DNA of 64,000 nucleotides from Phaeosaccion multiseriatum (taxonomy: Eukaryota > Protista > Ochrophyta, other classes): positions 4,464,001 to 4,528,000 of the forward strand of contig OZ218952.1 of the NCBI GenBank assembly GCA_965112735.1, given 5' to 3'. The notes below the pieces were generated by a model. That model had not been told where the DNA came from. It searched no databases and saw nothing but the letters and a program-made list of their open reading frames with translations. Positions 1 to 10,985 of this stretch are shown here, in pieces. The position numbers were made by a program, and so were the translations under genes. Every line of letters starts with the position of its first letter. Within the stretch, counting starts at the first letter, position 1.

Positions 1-1089
1 AGCAAACAGCAGCAGCAGCAGCAGCAGCAGTTGGTGGTACAGCACCAGCGTCAGGCTTCTGTGACCACGACGTATGTATCACCACCTCTGCGGCAGGACT
101 TTGAAACGCTGCTCCGCCCCTCGGGCCTCATGTTGCAGTTGGTGATCCACTCAACATGGGGCGACGCCTACTATGTGGGCCTGGACGGCTTGCAATTCTT
201 CGACGGAGCGGGCGAGGAGATCAGAGTCAAGGCAACCCAGGTGAGGGCCGTGCCAGACAGCCTTGGAGCCATTGGACAGGAGGACGACTGTCGTGTGCCG
301 GGCAACCTTGTCAATGGAGTGCATGGAGAGGAGCGAGTCGCCACCGCCGCCGCCGCCGCCGCCGCTGCTGCTACTACCGTACCACCAACTGCTGTACCAC
401 CAACTGCAAAGGGCAGTAGAGTGTGGGGGCCACAGAAGCAGCAGCGGAGGAGCGCGCAGCACGCGTGGCTCGCCCCCCTGGCGTGCTCTCTCGGTCACGA
501 CAGCACTTGCACTCGTATTGGTGCTGGTCCTGACACTCGGGGGGAGAATATGGTGTATGTGCTGTTCGACGCCCCTGTGACCCTCTCCATGTTGCGGCTG
601 TGGAACTACAGCAAGACGCCCCAGAGGGGTGTGAAGGACTTTTCGCTCCTCCTGGATGGGGCCCTCCTCTTCTCGGGCAGCCTGGCGATGGCCGGCAATG
701 GCGTCGCCACCACCACCTCCTCCTCCAGCACCATCTTCAATGACAGCCACAGCAGCAGGGGCAGGGGCGGGGGCCTCGCGAGAGACCACCATCCAGGGAA
801 AGGAGCGTTGGCGACGACGGCGGATGACGAACTTCCCCAGGAGGGTCGTGAGGGGCAGCCTATCCTCTTCTCCAACGACCCGGGTCTGGTGCAGAGGGAG
901 CGGCACAATGTACTGTACTGTGGAAGGGCCACACAAGACGTACTGTGCATTGACGAGCGACAGGTCAAGGAGCGTTCTAGGGCCATGTATGACACCGTGG
1001 CCATGCCCTTTGCCCAGGGGAGTAGGGTGGACTTGAGCAAGAGACCTTCCACGTCAGCCGTCGGAGGAGGAGGGGGACGAGCAGCATGA
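1..1089 (+). CDS. KATNIP: KATNIP/KIAA0556-like protein, C-terminal part (gene begins upstream of window)
   Basis: Motifs LQLVIHSTWGDAYYVGLDGLQFFD and LRLWNYSKTPQRGVKDF match the KIAA0556/DUF4457 repeat pattern; frame open from window start to TGA at 1089. Confidence 0.8.
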   Translation, partial: SKQQQQQQQQLVVQHQRQASVTTTYVSPPLRQDFETLLRPSGLMLQLVIHSTWGDAYYVGLDGLQFFDGAGEEIRVKATQVRAVPDSLGAIGQEDDCRVPGNLVNGVHGEERVATAAAAAAAAATTVPPTAVPPTAKGSRVWGPQKQQRRSAQHAWLAPLACSLGHDSTCTRIGAGPDTRGENMVYVLFDAPVTLSMLRLWNYSKTPQRGVKDFSLLLDGALLFSGSLAMAGNGVATTTSSSSTIFNDSHSSRGRGGGLARDHHPGKGALATTADDELPQEGREGQPILFSNDPGLVQRERHNVLYCGRATQDVLCIDERQVKERSRAMYDTVAMPFAQGSRVDLSKRPSTSAVGGGGGRAA

Positions 1090-1226
1090 TCCCAAGAGAA
1101 AGGGGGTCTTCGGATGTAGACATTGTAATAAAATAAAATAGAATAGAAATAAAAAACAAAACAAAAAAGAGAAAAAAAAAACTATATCTATAAAACAGCG
1201 TCATCATAAACAGAGAGAAGGCCAAG

Positions 1227-1402
1227 GACGCTTGAGCCCCCTGTTTGACGCTCTTTGACGCTCTTTGACGCACTTTGACGCCCGTTTATATGAATTCGCC
1301 TTAATTTACGTAACGTGTTCAGAGTCAGATGAAAATTGATCGAAGCCAGATAAAAGGTCGAAACAGGGCGTCAAAGCGCGTCAAACAGGGGGCTCAAGCG
1401 TC
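1227..1402. repeat. Small fold-back (MITE-like) element between two convergent genes
   Basis: Perfect 25-bp inverted repeat GACGCTTGAGCCCCCTGTTTGACGC (1227-1251) / GCGTCAAACAGGGGGCTCAAGCGTC (1378-1402); 10-bp TTTGACG-containing subrepeats; AT-richer core; no clear TSD. Confidence 0.7.
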
Positions 1403-1508
1403 GTCAAACGTCGTCGCCCGTCGTCAAAGTAATCGTCTTTTATTTCATTTACAAAGCTATGTGTTTCCCCCTACTCTACCCTCCTGTACAAGCAAAGCTC
1501 CAATCCCC

Positions 1509-3350
1509 TCACTGGATGGTGATGGTCCTGGGCTTCATCTTGGGCACCGCGACGCTCATAGCCTCCGGCCCTCCCTCACCCGCCTCTCCCTGCACGAAGG
1601 ACGCGCTGATGGCCCCCACGTCGGCGTCCTTGGCGAGCCTGAGGCGGCGCTCTCTGGACCTCACCGCCGCACCCTGCCCCTCCTCGCCCTCCTGCTGCTG
1701 CTGACGGTGGGTCGTCGTGATGACCAGAGTGGCGTTGTCCTCCTCAAGCTTGATGGTCACGTCCTCCTTCTCCAGCCCCTCCGGGAGGAACACCTTCGCC
1801 GCGTACCCCTCCTCCGTCGGCGTCGCGATGTCCACTTGCATCTCAGCGCGTTTGGCCTCGAGCACCTTCTGCAGCCGAGCCCGCTCCTTCTGCTGCACCT
1901 GCTCCTCCGTTAGCGGCTTGAGGTTGGGGGGAGGCGTCGTGGAGCTGCTTGTGGAGTTGCTCGCCAAGCCCCAGTCCTTCTCGAAGTCCCTGACGAGCCC
2001 GTCGAACATGGTCGAAAAGGAGTCCTCGATCTCGAGGCGGGCCCTCTCCGCCTTCTCCGCCCTCTCCAAGCGCTCCTTGATGGCCTTCTCCCTCCTCTCC
2101 TCGGCCTCCTGCCGGGCGGCAGCTTGCTTAGCCGCCTCCACGCGAGCGGCGATCTGCCTGTTGGTATCGTCGATCTGCTGCTCCCTCTGCTGCAGCTGCT
2201 GCGTCAAGTCTGCCCTCTCCTCGCTGCTCATGGCGCCCCACCCGCCCACCTTGGGCAGCACCACCGTGAGCTTCCTGGCGCCGCCCTCCTCCTCCGACCA
2301 CTCCGTGGACAAGCTCTGCTCCCACTGCACCTTGAGCTCTGCGTCCGACTGTGACTCCTCCTCCTTGGAGACAGACACGGCCGAGCCCGCCGAAGCAGTC
2401 TCTACCTCCGCCGTGATGGTGGCACTGGGGGTCTCAGTGGCGGTGTTTGGGGCGTCGTCTCCCCCCGCTGCGCTTGGCTCTTGGCTGGGCGCAGAAGACA
2501 CCTCCCTGTAGAGCTCCAGTCCCTCCGGCAGCTCGAACGCCTGAGAGAAGGAGCGCTGCACCGTTCGCGTGACCTGCTGCTGCTCCTCGCGCCAGTGCTG
2601 GTAGGGGCCGCTGCCGAAGATGAGCTGGGCCATGAGGTCCGAGTCCGTCGTGTAGGGCCTCATCACCGTGCGGCTCTGGCGCTCCTCCTCCGTGGTGCCG
2701 ACCTGGACATTGAGGTAGCGTGCTCCGGGTGCGCCCTCCAGAGTGACCTGCACGTCACCCTCGGTCACCCCTCCGGCCGCAGGGGTGTCCACGCGAGGCT
2801 GGGTCGAATCGCTCTGCTGGTCCTCCTCCTGATGCTCCTCCTTCTGCTCGTCCTTCTGCTCCTCGACCTGCTGCTGCTTGTTGGTGGCGGGTGCTGGGAA
2901 AGTGAAGGAGACACGAATCTCCGAGTCCGATTCCTCGATCTTGGGGCTCGACAGCACTCCCTCAATAGGGTGCTGCTGCTCCTCCTGCTGTTGCTGCCGC
3001 TGCCGCATAGGAGGGAGCTGGGTCTCGATGTCGCGAAGAGCGCGGGTCATGAAAGGCTCCCAAAGCACCCCGTTCCGCTGTTGCCTCTGCTGCCACTGGC
3101 GTGGGCTGGAGCCCACCTCGAAGCTGACTCCGCGAGGCCCGCCTCCGTATCGCCGCTGCTCCTGCCACAGTCGCCGCTGCTGTTCCCGGACCCGCTGCTG
3201 TTGACGCCTCTGCTGTTGGCACTCGAACGAGCCGCAGGGAATGCTCATGCTGATAAAGGCGGCCCCGTTCCCGAGGGATGGGGGAAGAAGCGCCGCTGCA
3301 CTCGGCGAGAGCATGTAGCCTGCTGGCATCGGGTGCCGGTTGTAGACCAT
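1509..3350 (-). CDS. Large intronless HSP20/alpha-crystallin-domain protein (613 aa, apparently two ACD-like domains)
   Basis: ACD-like strands IEESDSEIRVSFTFP...DVQVTLEG...RSFSQAFELPEG...LTVVLPK, and second unit YAAKVFLPEGLEKEDVTIKLEE...RRLRLAKDADVGAISASF...MSVAVPK, ending RTITIQ (IxI-like). Confidence 0.7.
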   Translation of the reverse strand: MVYNRHPMPAGYMLSPSAAALLPPSLGNGAAFISMSIPCGSFECQQQRRQQQRVREQQRRLWQEQRRYGGGPRGVSFEVGSSPRQWQQRQQRNGVLWEPFMTRALRDIETQLPPMRQRQQQQEEQQHPIEGVLSSPKIEESDSEIRVSFTFPAPATNKQQQVEEQKDEQKEEHQEEDQQSDSTQPRVDTPAAGGVTEGDVQVTLEGAPGARYLNVQVGTTEEERQSRTVMRPYTTDSDLMAQLIFGSGPYQHWREEQQQVTRTVQRSFSQAFELPEGLELYREVSSAPSQEPSAAGGDDAPNTATETPSATITAEVETASAGSAVSVSKEEESQSDAELKVQWEQSLSTEWSEEEGGARKLTVVLPKVGGWGAMSSEERADLTQQLQQREQQIDDTNRQIAARVEAAKQAAARQEAEERREKAIKERLERAEKAERARLEIEDSFSTMFDGLVRDFEKDWGLASNSTSSSTTPPPNLKPLTEEQVQQKERARLQKVLEAKRAEMQVDIATPTEEGYAAKVFLPEGLEKEDVTIKLEEDNATLVITTTHRQQQQEGEEGQGAAVRSRERRLRLAKDADVGAISASFVQGEAGEGGPEAMSVAVPKMKPRTITIQ

Positions 3351-3511
3351 GTTGTTGTGCCTTCTAATTTCTGCGTACTACCGCGTTAGTTCGCAATGTC
3401 GCTTGTCCAATGAAGGATGTGTTGTGAAGGGAAGAAAAGGAGGAGCCCCCCCATCCCCTTGTTGGGACACATGCCGCGTGGAATGCCCCATTGGGAAAGA
3501 AGAAAGAAGAA

Positions 3512-3573
3512 AGAACATTCCCTGCCATCTGTGAGTCAGAGAACCAACACACGCATCTAGATCCTTCGAGACT
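3512..3573. promoter_or_regulatory. Candidate heat-shock elements in shared divergent promoter
   Basis: Perfect aGAAc-aTTCc pair at 3512-3521; degenerate alternating pentamers cATCt-aGATc-cTTCg-aGACt at 3554-3573; lies in the ~317 bp between two head-to-head HSP20-like ORFs. Confidence 0.45.
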
Positions 3574-3667
3574 GTCGAGATGATGTTTCGAGATCAATCA
3601 AGAAGAAAGGGGGGGATGAAGACGAAGCAATGGGCTCACAAACAACGAAACAAACGAACAAGAAGAA

Positions 3668-4738
3668 ATGGTGTACTATATCAGCAGCAACAGCGGCGGC
3701 GGGCCCATGGGAGCAGCCCGCTCGCATCTATTCCCTGCCGCTGCTTTCGTCACCGCGCCGCCCTCCGGCCCGGCGAGGCACCGCCAGCGGGAGCAGCGAT
3801 GGCGGCAGCAGAGGCAGAGGCAACAGAGCCCGCAGATGGGACTGTGCGATAACCCGAGGAGGAGATTGAGCATTTCGCCTTCCCTGCTCTCAGCCAGAGA
3901 CCTTGGCTTCGCCTTCGGTCCGTGTGTAGCCCCCACTCCGAGGCAGTACAGGAGGCAGCATCAGCAGCAGGATACGAAGAAGCAACAGCAGGAGGAGAAG
4001 CAGCACCCTATTGAGGGAGTGCTGTCCAGCCCCAACATTGAGGAGTCGGACTCGGAGATTCGTGTCTCCTTCACCTTCCCACCGCCCGCCCACGACAAGC
4101 AGCAGACTGTCCAGCAGGAGGGCCATCAAGAAGATCAGCAGAGCGATTCGACCCAGCCTCGCGTGGACGCACCTGCGGCTGGAGGGGTGGCCGGGGGTGA
4201 CGTGCAAGTCACTCTGGAGGGCGCGCCCGGAGCACGCTACCTCAGCGTCAAGGTCGGCACCACGGAGAAGGAGCGCCAGAGCCGCACGGTGGTGAGGCCC
4301 TACACGACGGACTCGGACCTCATGGCCCAGCTCATCTTCGGCAGCGACCCCTACCAGCACTGGCGCGAGGAGCAGCAGCAGGTCACGCAAACGGTGCAGC
4401 GCTCCTTCTCTCAGGCGTTCGAGCTGCCGGAGGGACTGGAGCTCTACAGGGAGGTGTCTTCTACGCCCAGCCAAGAGCCCAGCGCAGCGGGGGAAAACGA
4501 CGCCCCAAGCGCCGCCACTGAGACCCCCAGTGCCACCATCGCGGCGGAGACAGACGCCGCTTGGGAAGGCTTGCACGGGCAGACATGGGCAGTGGCGGAG
4601 GCCCAATACAATGGCATCGGCACCTCGGAAGAGAGAAGTGGGCGGCGGCCGGCAGGGGGGGAGGGAGGGAAGAAGGGATATGATGGTGTGTGTGTGTGTA
4701 CCAACAGTGACAGTATGGATGACATGTATGTCGTATGA
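3668..4738 (+). CDS. Inverted paralog of the HSP20-domain gene, apparently 3'-truncated or chimeric (possible pseudogene)
   Basis: ~3986-4548 is a near-identical inverted copy of ~2408-2990; both ORFs begin MVY; similarity stops at ~4548, before the end of the first ACD and the whole second ACD. Confidence 0.6.
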   Translation: MVYYISSNSGGGPMGAARSHLFPAAAFVTAPPSGPARHRQREQRWRQQRQRQQSPQMGLCDNPRRRLSISPSLLSARDLGFAFGPCVAPTPRQYRRQHQQQDTKKQQQEEKQHPIEGVLSSPNIEESDSEIRVSFTFPPPAHDKQQTVQQEGHQEDQQSDSTQPRVDAPAAGGVAGGDVQVTLEGAPGARYLSVKVGTTEKERQSRTVVRPYTTDSDLMAQLIFGSDPYQHWREEQQQVTQTVQRSFSQAFELPEGLELYREVSSTPSQEPSAAGENDAPSAATETPSATIAAETDAAWEGLHGQTWAVAEAQYNGIGTSEERSGRRPAGGEGGKKGYDGVCVCTNSDSMDDMYVV

Positions 4739-5378
4739 CAGCTTTGCGCCCTTGCTGTGTTGGTTGTAACGTATTCCAGTACATCTCCTTCGTTCTTCCT
4801 CTGCTTGCCTGTGATGCGCTGTGAGTATGCGTGCGTGCGTGCTCGGGTGCACCTTGGTCTCACTCTCCTCTCTCCTTCCCCCTCCACCTCCCTCCCCTCC
4901 CCTCCTCTCTCCCCTCCCTCTCGCTCTCCTCTCTCCCTCCCCTCCCGCCCTCCCTCCCTCCCTCCTCTCCCTCCCTCCCCTCCCCCCCCCTCTCCCTCTC
5001 TCTCTGCATACCATGCAGGGACCTTAATTGCAAAGAAGTGAGTGAGTTGGGTGTGACTACAGTTGAGTGTCCCCAGGGGATGAGCCTCGACATGTGGGAC
5101 GAGGGGCTTCGAATGTTTGCTGAGAACGCCTCAAAGCGATAGTGTTGTTGGATGGTTGAGAGGTGGCTTCTCTGGAGCGATCAAGGCAGTTGAGCCAAGC
5201 ATGCAAAGGGGCTCTGTAGGTGTGTTGAGGTGATGGCGTTTGATGCCCCCACCCTCCCAGACCCTGCGGCAGCACCCGCACCAGCACGGAGCACACGCGG
5301 CGGCGCGGCATCCACTTCGGATTGCGATGGCTCATTGGCTCTCTCGACTGTCTCGCACGGAGTGAATCAGGCGAAGAC

Positions 5379-5427
<49 letters not shown>

Positions 5428-6170
5428 GCCAGCGGCTCCGGCCTCTCGCTCCTCCGCACACCCCACGAGATGAGAGGAGAGGAGGGGACATTACCGCAGA
5501 TGGGCGGCAGGGAGCGCGTCGCGCACTGCGCTTCCCTTGGCCAAAGGAGGATGTTATTTGGACAAGAAGAATACAGACCTAGCAGGCGGGCGAGACACAT
5601 ACGTGTCGTCGGAGTCAAGGCCCTTCCCTCTGCATGCACCACACACACTCAAACACACGCCCGCACGCACGCACGCCCACTACGATCAGTTCCCGCACCT
5701 GCGCCCGTCTTGGATGGGGTTGGCTGACGGTGCGACCGAACGACATGAGATGTGGGCTCTCTGTCCTGACACCTTGCTGTATGAAGGGAGGGTGGAGGGA
5801 AGGACAGAGGGGGGGGGCTCAGGACAGAGAGAGAGGCGTGTCAGCAGAGACAGAGGTGAACGTGCCGGCCGGCACAGCCCTCCAGCTCACCTGCGGGGGA
5901 GCCCTTTTTCATCAACCCAACCCTTTCGATACGGAGGAGGAGGAGAAGGGGGGGGGGGCAAGGGAGGGTCTCGGAACGGAGGAGGAGGGGGTGGACGGAC
6001 TGCAGGCAGCAGGTACCAACCCACCCCGCCGACCGACCGACTGTCCTACCGACCAGGCTGTCTTCGACAACGCTCCCTCCCACGACTCCCATGCGCGTGG
6101 ACGAAATGGGCGGCCTCACTCAAGGCCATGCTGAGCAGCAGTTCGTGTAGAGATCTTTACGGGGACTGAG
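4550..6170 (+). other. Unresolved exon/intron-like region, possibly a degenerate gene
   Basis: Intron-like low-complexity tracts with GTGAG donors and YAG acceptors alternate with short complex ORF segments; no recognisable domain; several stops. Confidence 0.2.
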
Positions 6171-6379
6171 CAGCAGCCAATAGAGATCATACTGGTACTA
6201 TCAGAGGCGTGGACTGAAGCTGTGTTGGGACCCATCATTGGTGTCCCGCCATCGGGAGGGAGGATGGATGTAGGTGGTCGAAGTGGGTGGTCGAATGTTA
6301 GTATCGCGAGAAGGCAAGGAATAAAATGACTGGTCCAGCCAAGTAAATGCATGAAATTTAACGATTGAAGTATAGCAGT

Positions 6380-6719
6380 ACGTACAGTGCTGCAGCAACA
6401 ACAGAGACGGGTGGATGTCTTCCATCCAACCACTCCCTTTCGACCCTTTCAACTGTGCTGCGGAGGCCGAGTAAGTATAATCATCCATGTGTACGTTGTA
6501 TACTGTATGCGTACACAGTCTGTCTAATCTATCTGCCCTCTTTCCGCCGACGTACAGTGCTGCAGCAACAACAGAGACGGGTGGATGTCTTCCATCCAAC
6601 CACTCCCTTTCGACCCTTTCAACTGTGCTGCGGAGGCCGAGTAAGTATAATCATCCATGTGTACGTTGTATACTGTATGCGTACACAGTCTGTCTAATCT
6701 ATCTGCCCTCTTTCCGCCG
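6380..6719. repeat. Perfect 170-bp tandem duplication (2 copies)
   Basis: 6380-6549 and 6550-6719 read identically (ACGTACAGTGCTGCAGC...CTTTCCGCCG). Confidence 0.9.
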
Positions 6720-7560
6720 CTTCAGCAGCAGCTGGAGGGGTGATGTCCCGTGTAGTTGGTAGCGTGGTGTTCTGCGTGGTCTGGGCCCACAGTATCTCCT
6801 CCTCCTCCTCCCAGGGTGAGCAGCACGCGCCCACGGCCACAACGATGGGGCTCGTGGGCAGGCTCTGCGAGACACTTTGCCGGCTCCTTCTCCTCCTTCC
6901 TGAGCAGCTACCACTTGGACTAACGGGGGCTGAGGACGGCGACGAGCAGCCTGCCTCCTCCGGCCAGGCTGGTGGTAAACCAGCAGCGGCAGCGAGCTTA
7001 CTCATTGGATCGCCAGTGCCCTCACTACTACTGCTCGTACTGTGGCCCGTACTACTACCACTACTGCCACCAGATGCACGCCAAAAGCAACTGTTCGTCT
7101 TCGGTCCTGCCAGGCCCTTGCCCGGACTGCTTCTCCTGCGAAGCTGGAGGAGACTCTTTGTGCTGCACACTGCGACCTCAGCTGCTGTGCCCGACGACCG
7201 CGCCCTGGGAGAGGTACTACTGCAGCAGACGTCGACCTCTCCACCTTCCCCCTGCGTCTCCCCGGACTTGAGTTTTGAATCCCTCTGCTTGGGTCGCCAT
7301 CTTCTTCTAGTAGTGCCCCTACTCCCTCGTCTGCCTCCGTCTGTGGTGGTCTTCTCGCCGCCGCCACTGCAACTAGTCGGGCTTCTGCCCTGCTGCTCAG
7401 CTGCTCCTCCCGGTTCGGCGCCAGCAGTCGCTCTCCCCCCTGAGTCTTCACCTTCCGCAGCACAATAAGACGCAAGACTGGTCAGGCTTGATGGTATTTC
7501 TCCGGGCCATGAGCCCAGGGTGGTGGTGCTATTGCTGGAGCTCTCATTGGCGTCGTCCAT
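6694..7560 (-). CDS. Hypothetical low-complexity protein or first exon
   Basis: 288-codon ATG-started S/G-rich ORF with an AT-rich promoter-like stretch upstream (7710-7790); no domain recognised; stop lies inside the 170-bp repeat. Confidence 0.3.
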   Translation of the reverse strand: MDDANESSSNSTTTLGSWPGEIPSSLTSLASYCAAEGEDSGGRATAGAEPGGAAEQQGRSPTSCSGGGEKTTTDGGRRGSRGTTRRRWRPKQRDSKLKSGETQGEGGEVDVCCSSTSPRARSSGTAAEVAVCSTKSLLQLRRRSSPGKGLAGPKTNSCFWRASGGSSGSSTGHSTSSSSEGTGDPMSKLAAAAGLPPAWPEEAGCSSPSSAPVSPSGSCSGRRRRSRQSVSQSLPTSPIVVAVGACCSPWEEEEEILWAQTTQNTTLPTTRDITPPAAAEAAERGQID

Positions 7561-8089
7561 TCCCCCCTCCCTCCCTATCCCGTTAGCCGCTGGTCAGCAT
7601 CCCTAAAAGAGCCACTATCCAGTACGAGAGTAGTTATTGGGCACATCACGAGGGACGCGTCCGCGGCTTTATGCTCCCCCGCGGTCGGGGCCACCATTGG
7701 GGGTTCGTTTCAAAAAAAATACCGAAAATACCCGGCGTTTTTCCCGGCGTTTTTTGTTTTGTTTTTGGAAAATAATCGTATTTATTTCCCCTCCTTCCTT
7801 CCTTCCTCCTCCACCCCTCCTCCCTACAGTTGTATTGCTATCGGGCCTCGGGGGGCCGGATAGCCGGCCGATAGCGGATAGCGCGCCGGCTGGCGCCGGC
7901 GATAGCGGATAGCGGATAGTGTATCAGGGGTTGATCCTTCCCCACCCTACATCGTAGGTCAGTCACTCTTCCACATTCCACATGGCCTAGGCCGAGCGCC
8001 TCGGCCCTCTCTGGGCCGGTCAATGATCCAAAATCGGCAAAGAGGCCGTTGGGCGTGGCTGGGGCCGACATGCCAGCAGACAGGCCACT

Positions 8090-10954
8090 TCATCCTCCCT
8101 TAGCTTGCTCCTCCAAGGCGGCAGCCACACCACCAGCATTAGTAGGACCACCAGTGGGACCAGCACCAGGACCCCCACCACCACCACCAGCAGCAGCAGC
8201 AACAGCAGCAACTTTCCCCTCCTCCTCCTCCTCCACCCCGAACTCGTGCAGCAGGCAGTCTGCCGAGGGCTCCTTCCCGCCCAGCACCTCATCTAGCATG
8301 CTGTGGAAGTCCTTCGCCGCCCCGTGCCGCAGCAGCCCCTTCCACAGGAGCGTGCCTGCGGAGCAGAAGGTGTGGACAGGTGTCAGGTGCCAGGTGTCAG
8401 AACGAGTGAGAGAGGGCGAGGGTAGGGCAGGAGAACCGGGGTGGGAGAGCCGAGGAAGTGAGTAGAGAGGATAGGGAGTGGGTGTCCATGAGAGGAACGC
8501 TAACACTGCGCTTTGGCAGTTGGACAAGCGTCCCCTCCCAGCGGCCCGACACAAAAGCTCATCCCGACTCCCTTCTCAGCGTCCACTCCCTTTCCCTCTT
8601 TCCTCACTTCCTTTCCTCTCCTCGACCCCCCCCCCTCACTCTCTCCCTTCCTCCACCTTCCCTCCCTCCTTCCTCCCTCCCTCCCTCCGCCTCACTCACC
8701 TTGCTCACTGTTCAGCGGGTTCCCCTCGAAGCATCTGCTCCAGATGTTAGCGGCAAGGAGCTTGCAGGACAGGTAGCCGTAGTAGCCAGCGCTGTAGCCC
8801 GTGAAATGGCCGAAGCGGCTGTGGGTGAACGTCCTGGGGCGGTCGGGTATGCATAGAGTTGATGGATGAATGAATAGATGGATAGATGGATGGATGAGGG
8901 ATTGATGGCAGCAAAGGTAAGTTCTTGAGGGAGAGGGAGAGCGAGAGCGGCATACATACATACACACCGCCGACTCAGCAGCCAGCAGCCAAGTAGTCGC
9001 ACGTATGGGTGGGAATGGGACACATTCCCCCTTCCCTCACTCATTCACTCATTCACGCACTCAATCACTCAATCACTCACCCCTCAGCGTATGGATAGGG
9101 CAGGATTTCGTTGTGCAAGCGAGCCGTGGCGGCTGTGCTGTTTTCACGGTCCTGCCCCAGCCAATACAGTGCAGCGGAGGGGAGAGGGGGAGAGGGGAGG
9201 GAGAGGAAGGGGGGAGGAGAGGAGCGGCGTGGATGGAACAAGATGGTCAGGTTCGCAACACGGTCAGTCTCCAGGATTGGTGACTTACTGCTGCCACGGC
9301 CTGACGGTGGGCGCAACCCCCCACACCCAACGCCGCACTCCAACCTCAACGCTTCTCCGCCGGGGTACAAAGAACAAAACCCTCTGTACCCCCCACACAT
9401 TTCAGGAATGACAATTGGGCGCACAAACTCCCTCCCTCTCCCAATGTGCCTTACCTTGGACTCTCCGTGAAGGTATTGGTCGAGCAGGGAGAAAGAAATG
9501 AGGTTGGCGTTATCGATGCCCGCAAACATGTTCTTGCTTCGTCTGAGTGCATGCGTGCGTGTGTGAGGAGGCCAACACACATAACAGGTGGAGGTGGTGG
9601 GGGTGAGAGGGAAAATGAGACAGAGAGAGGGTGAGGGAGTGTGCGTAGAGAGAGACAAGAACAGGAGGGATTCCGGAGGGCTCCAGAAAACCAGCTTCTC
9701 GTCCAAAGGAAACCCATCCATCCGTCCATTCATCTACATGCCTGCACATGTCGTGCCCATTCATGTATCCACATGCCTGCACATGTCCGCTTACCTCAGG
9801 TTGTTGATCATCTCCTCCGGAATGGGCTCCCCTGTGTGGTAGTGCTTGGCGAAACGGCTGAGCACTCGAAAATCCCACGCAAAGTACTCCATCAGGATGG
9901 AGGGGGTCTCCACAAAGTCCACGGGGCAGCGAGTGCCTAGGGGGAGGGGGGGAGGGAAGGGAGGGAGGGAGGGAGGGAGGGAGGGAGGGACGGAGGGAGG
10001 GACGGAGGGAAGGGAGGGACGGAGGGAGGGACGGAGGGAAGGGAGGGAGGAGTCAAAGCAAGTCAAGTTAATACTACCACGCACACCCAGTTCCAATTTC
10101 ACTTTAAGTCTACTGCATGGTTGATGACCTCGAAATACCCACGCACGCACTCACCGGAGAGATGCTGGAACTCCGTGCGGGAGAGGAGGGAGTGCAAGGC
10201 GTGACCAAACTCGTGGAAGAGGGTTTCCAACTCGGGATGGCTCAGGAGGGACAGGGAAGAGCCCCCCCCCCCCCCCTGGCCGGGAGCGGAGGCGGAGGGG
10301 AAGTTGCACACCAAAGCCACCACGGGAAGTTGGTACTCTGCGATGTGGGAAAGATAAGCAACAAATGTCACCCATGTACCAAATCGCGCAGCACAAAGAG
10401 CAAAGGTTGAGTTGAGTCTGTTTCTCCTTCCCCCATCTCTCTCTCCTCTACCTCAACCTCTCTCCTCTGCTCTCTCCGCCGCTCTCTCTCTCACCTAGGC
10501 CCTCCTCCTTTGAACAAGGGCGGTGTGCATTGACAGCGTAGCCGCAGCGTATGGTGAAGTGCGCGGCATGTGTGTACTTGCCGGGCCGCGGGTGCAAGTC
10601 CTTTCGGGAGAGGAGGGGAGGAGGAGAGAGAGAGGAGGGGAGAGGGCAGGAGGGGCACCAGAAGCAGTTAGTGGCGCAGCAGCAGCAGCACCACCACCAC
10701 CACTTTCAGCAGCAGCAGCAGCCTGACTTGCGCTTCCCTCCCCTCCCCCCCCCCTCGTCCCTCAACGGCAGGTGACCTCTGCTAGGAGGCCTCCGCTGCT
10801 CTGCATACAATCAATGACATACTCACCAGATAGATGGTGCCCAAAGGCCCCTCCAGTGGATGGGAGAGGACGAGCTTGCGAATGCCCGCGTCTTTCGCGT
10901 CGCCACACCTGTCCAAGCGCACAAAGAATTGGGCGACAGCAGCAGCAGCCACGG

Positions 10955-10985
<31 letters not shown>

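Noticed and set aside
135-150. GCAGTTGGTGATCCAC resembling the dispersed CAG-associated motif
   Set aside because: Lies in the conserved LQLVIHSTWGD segment without a CAG tract; explainable by protein constraint.
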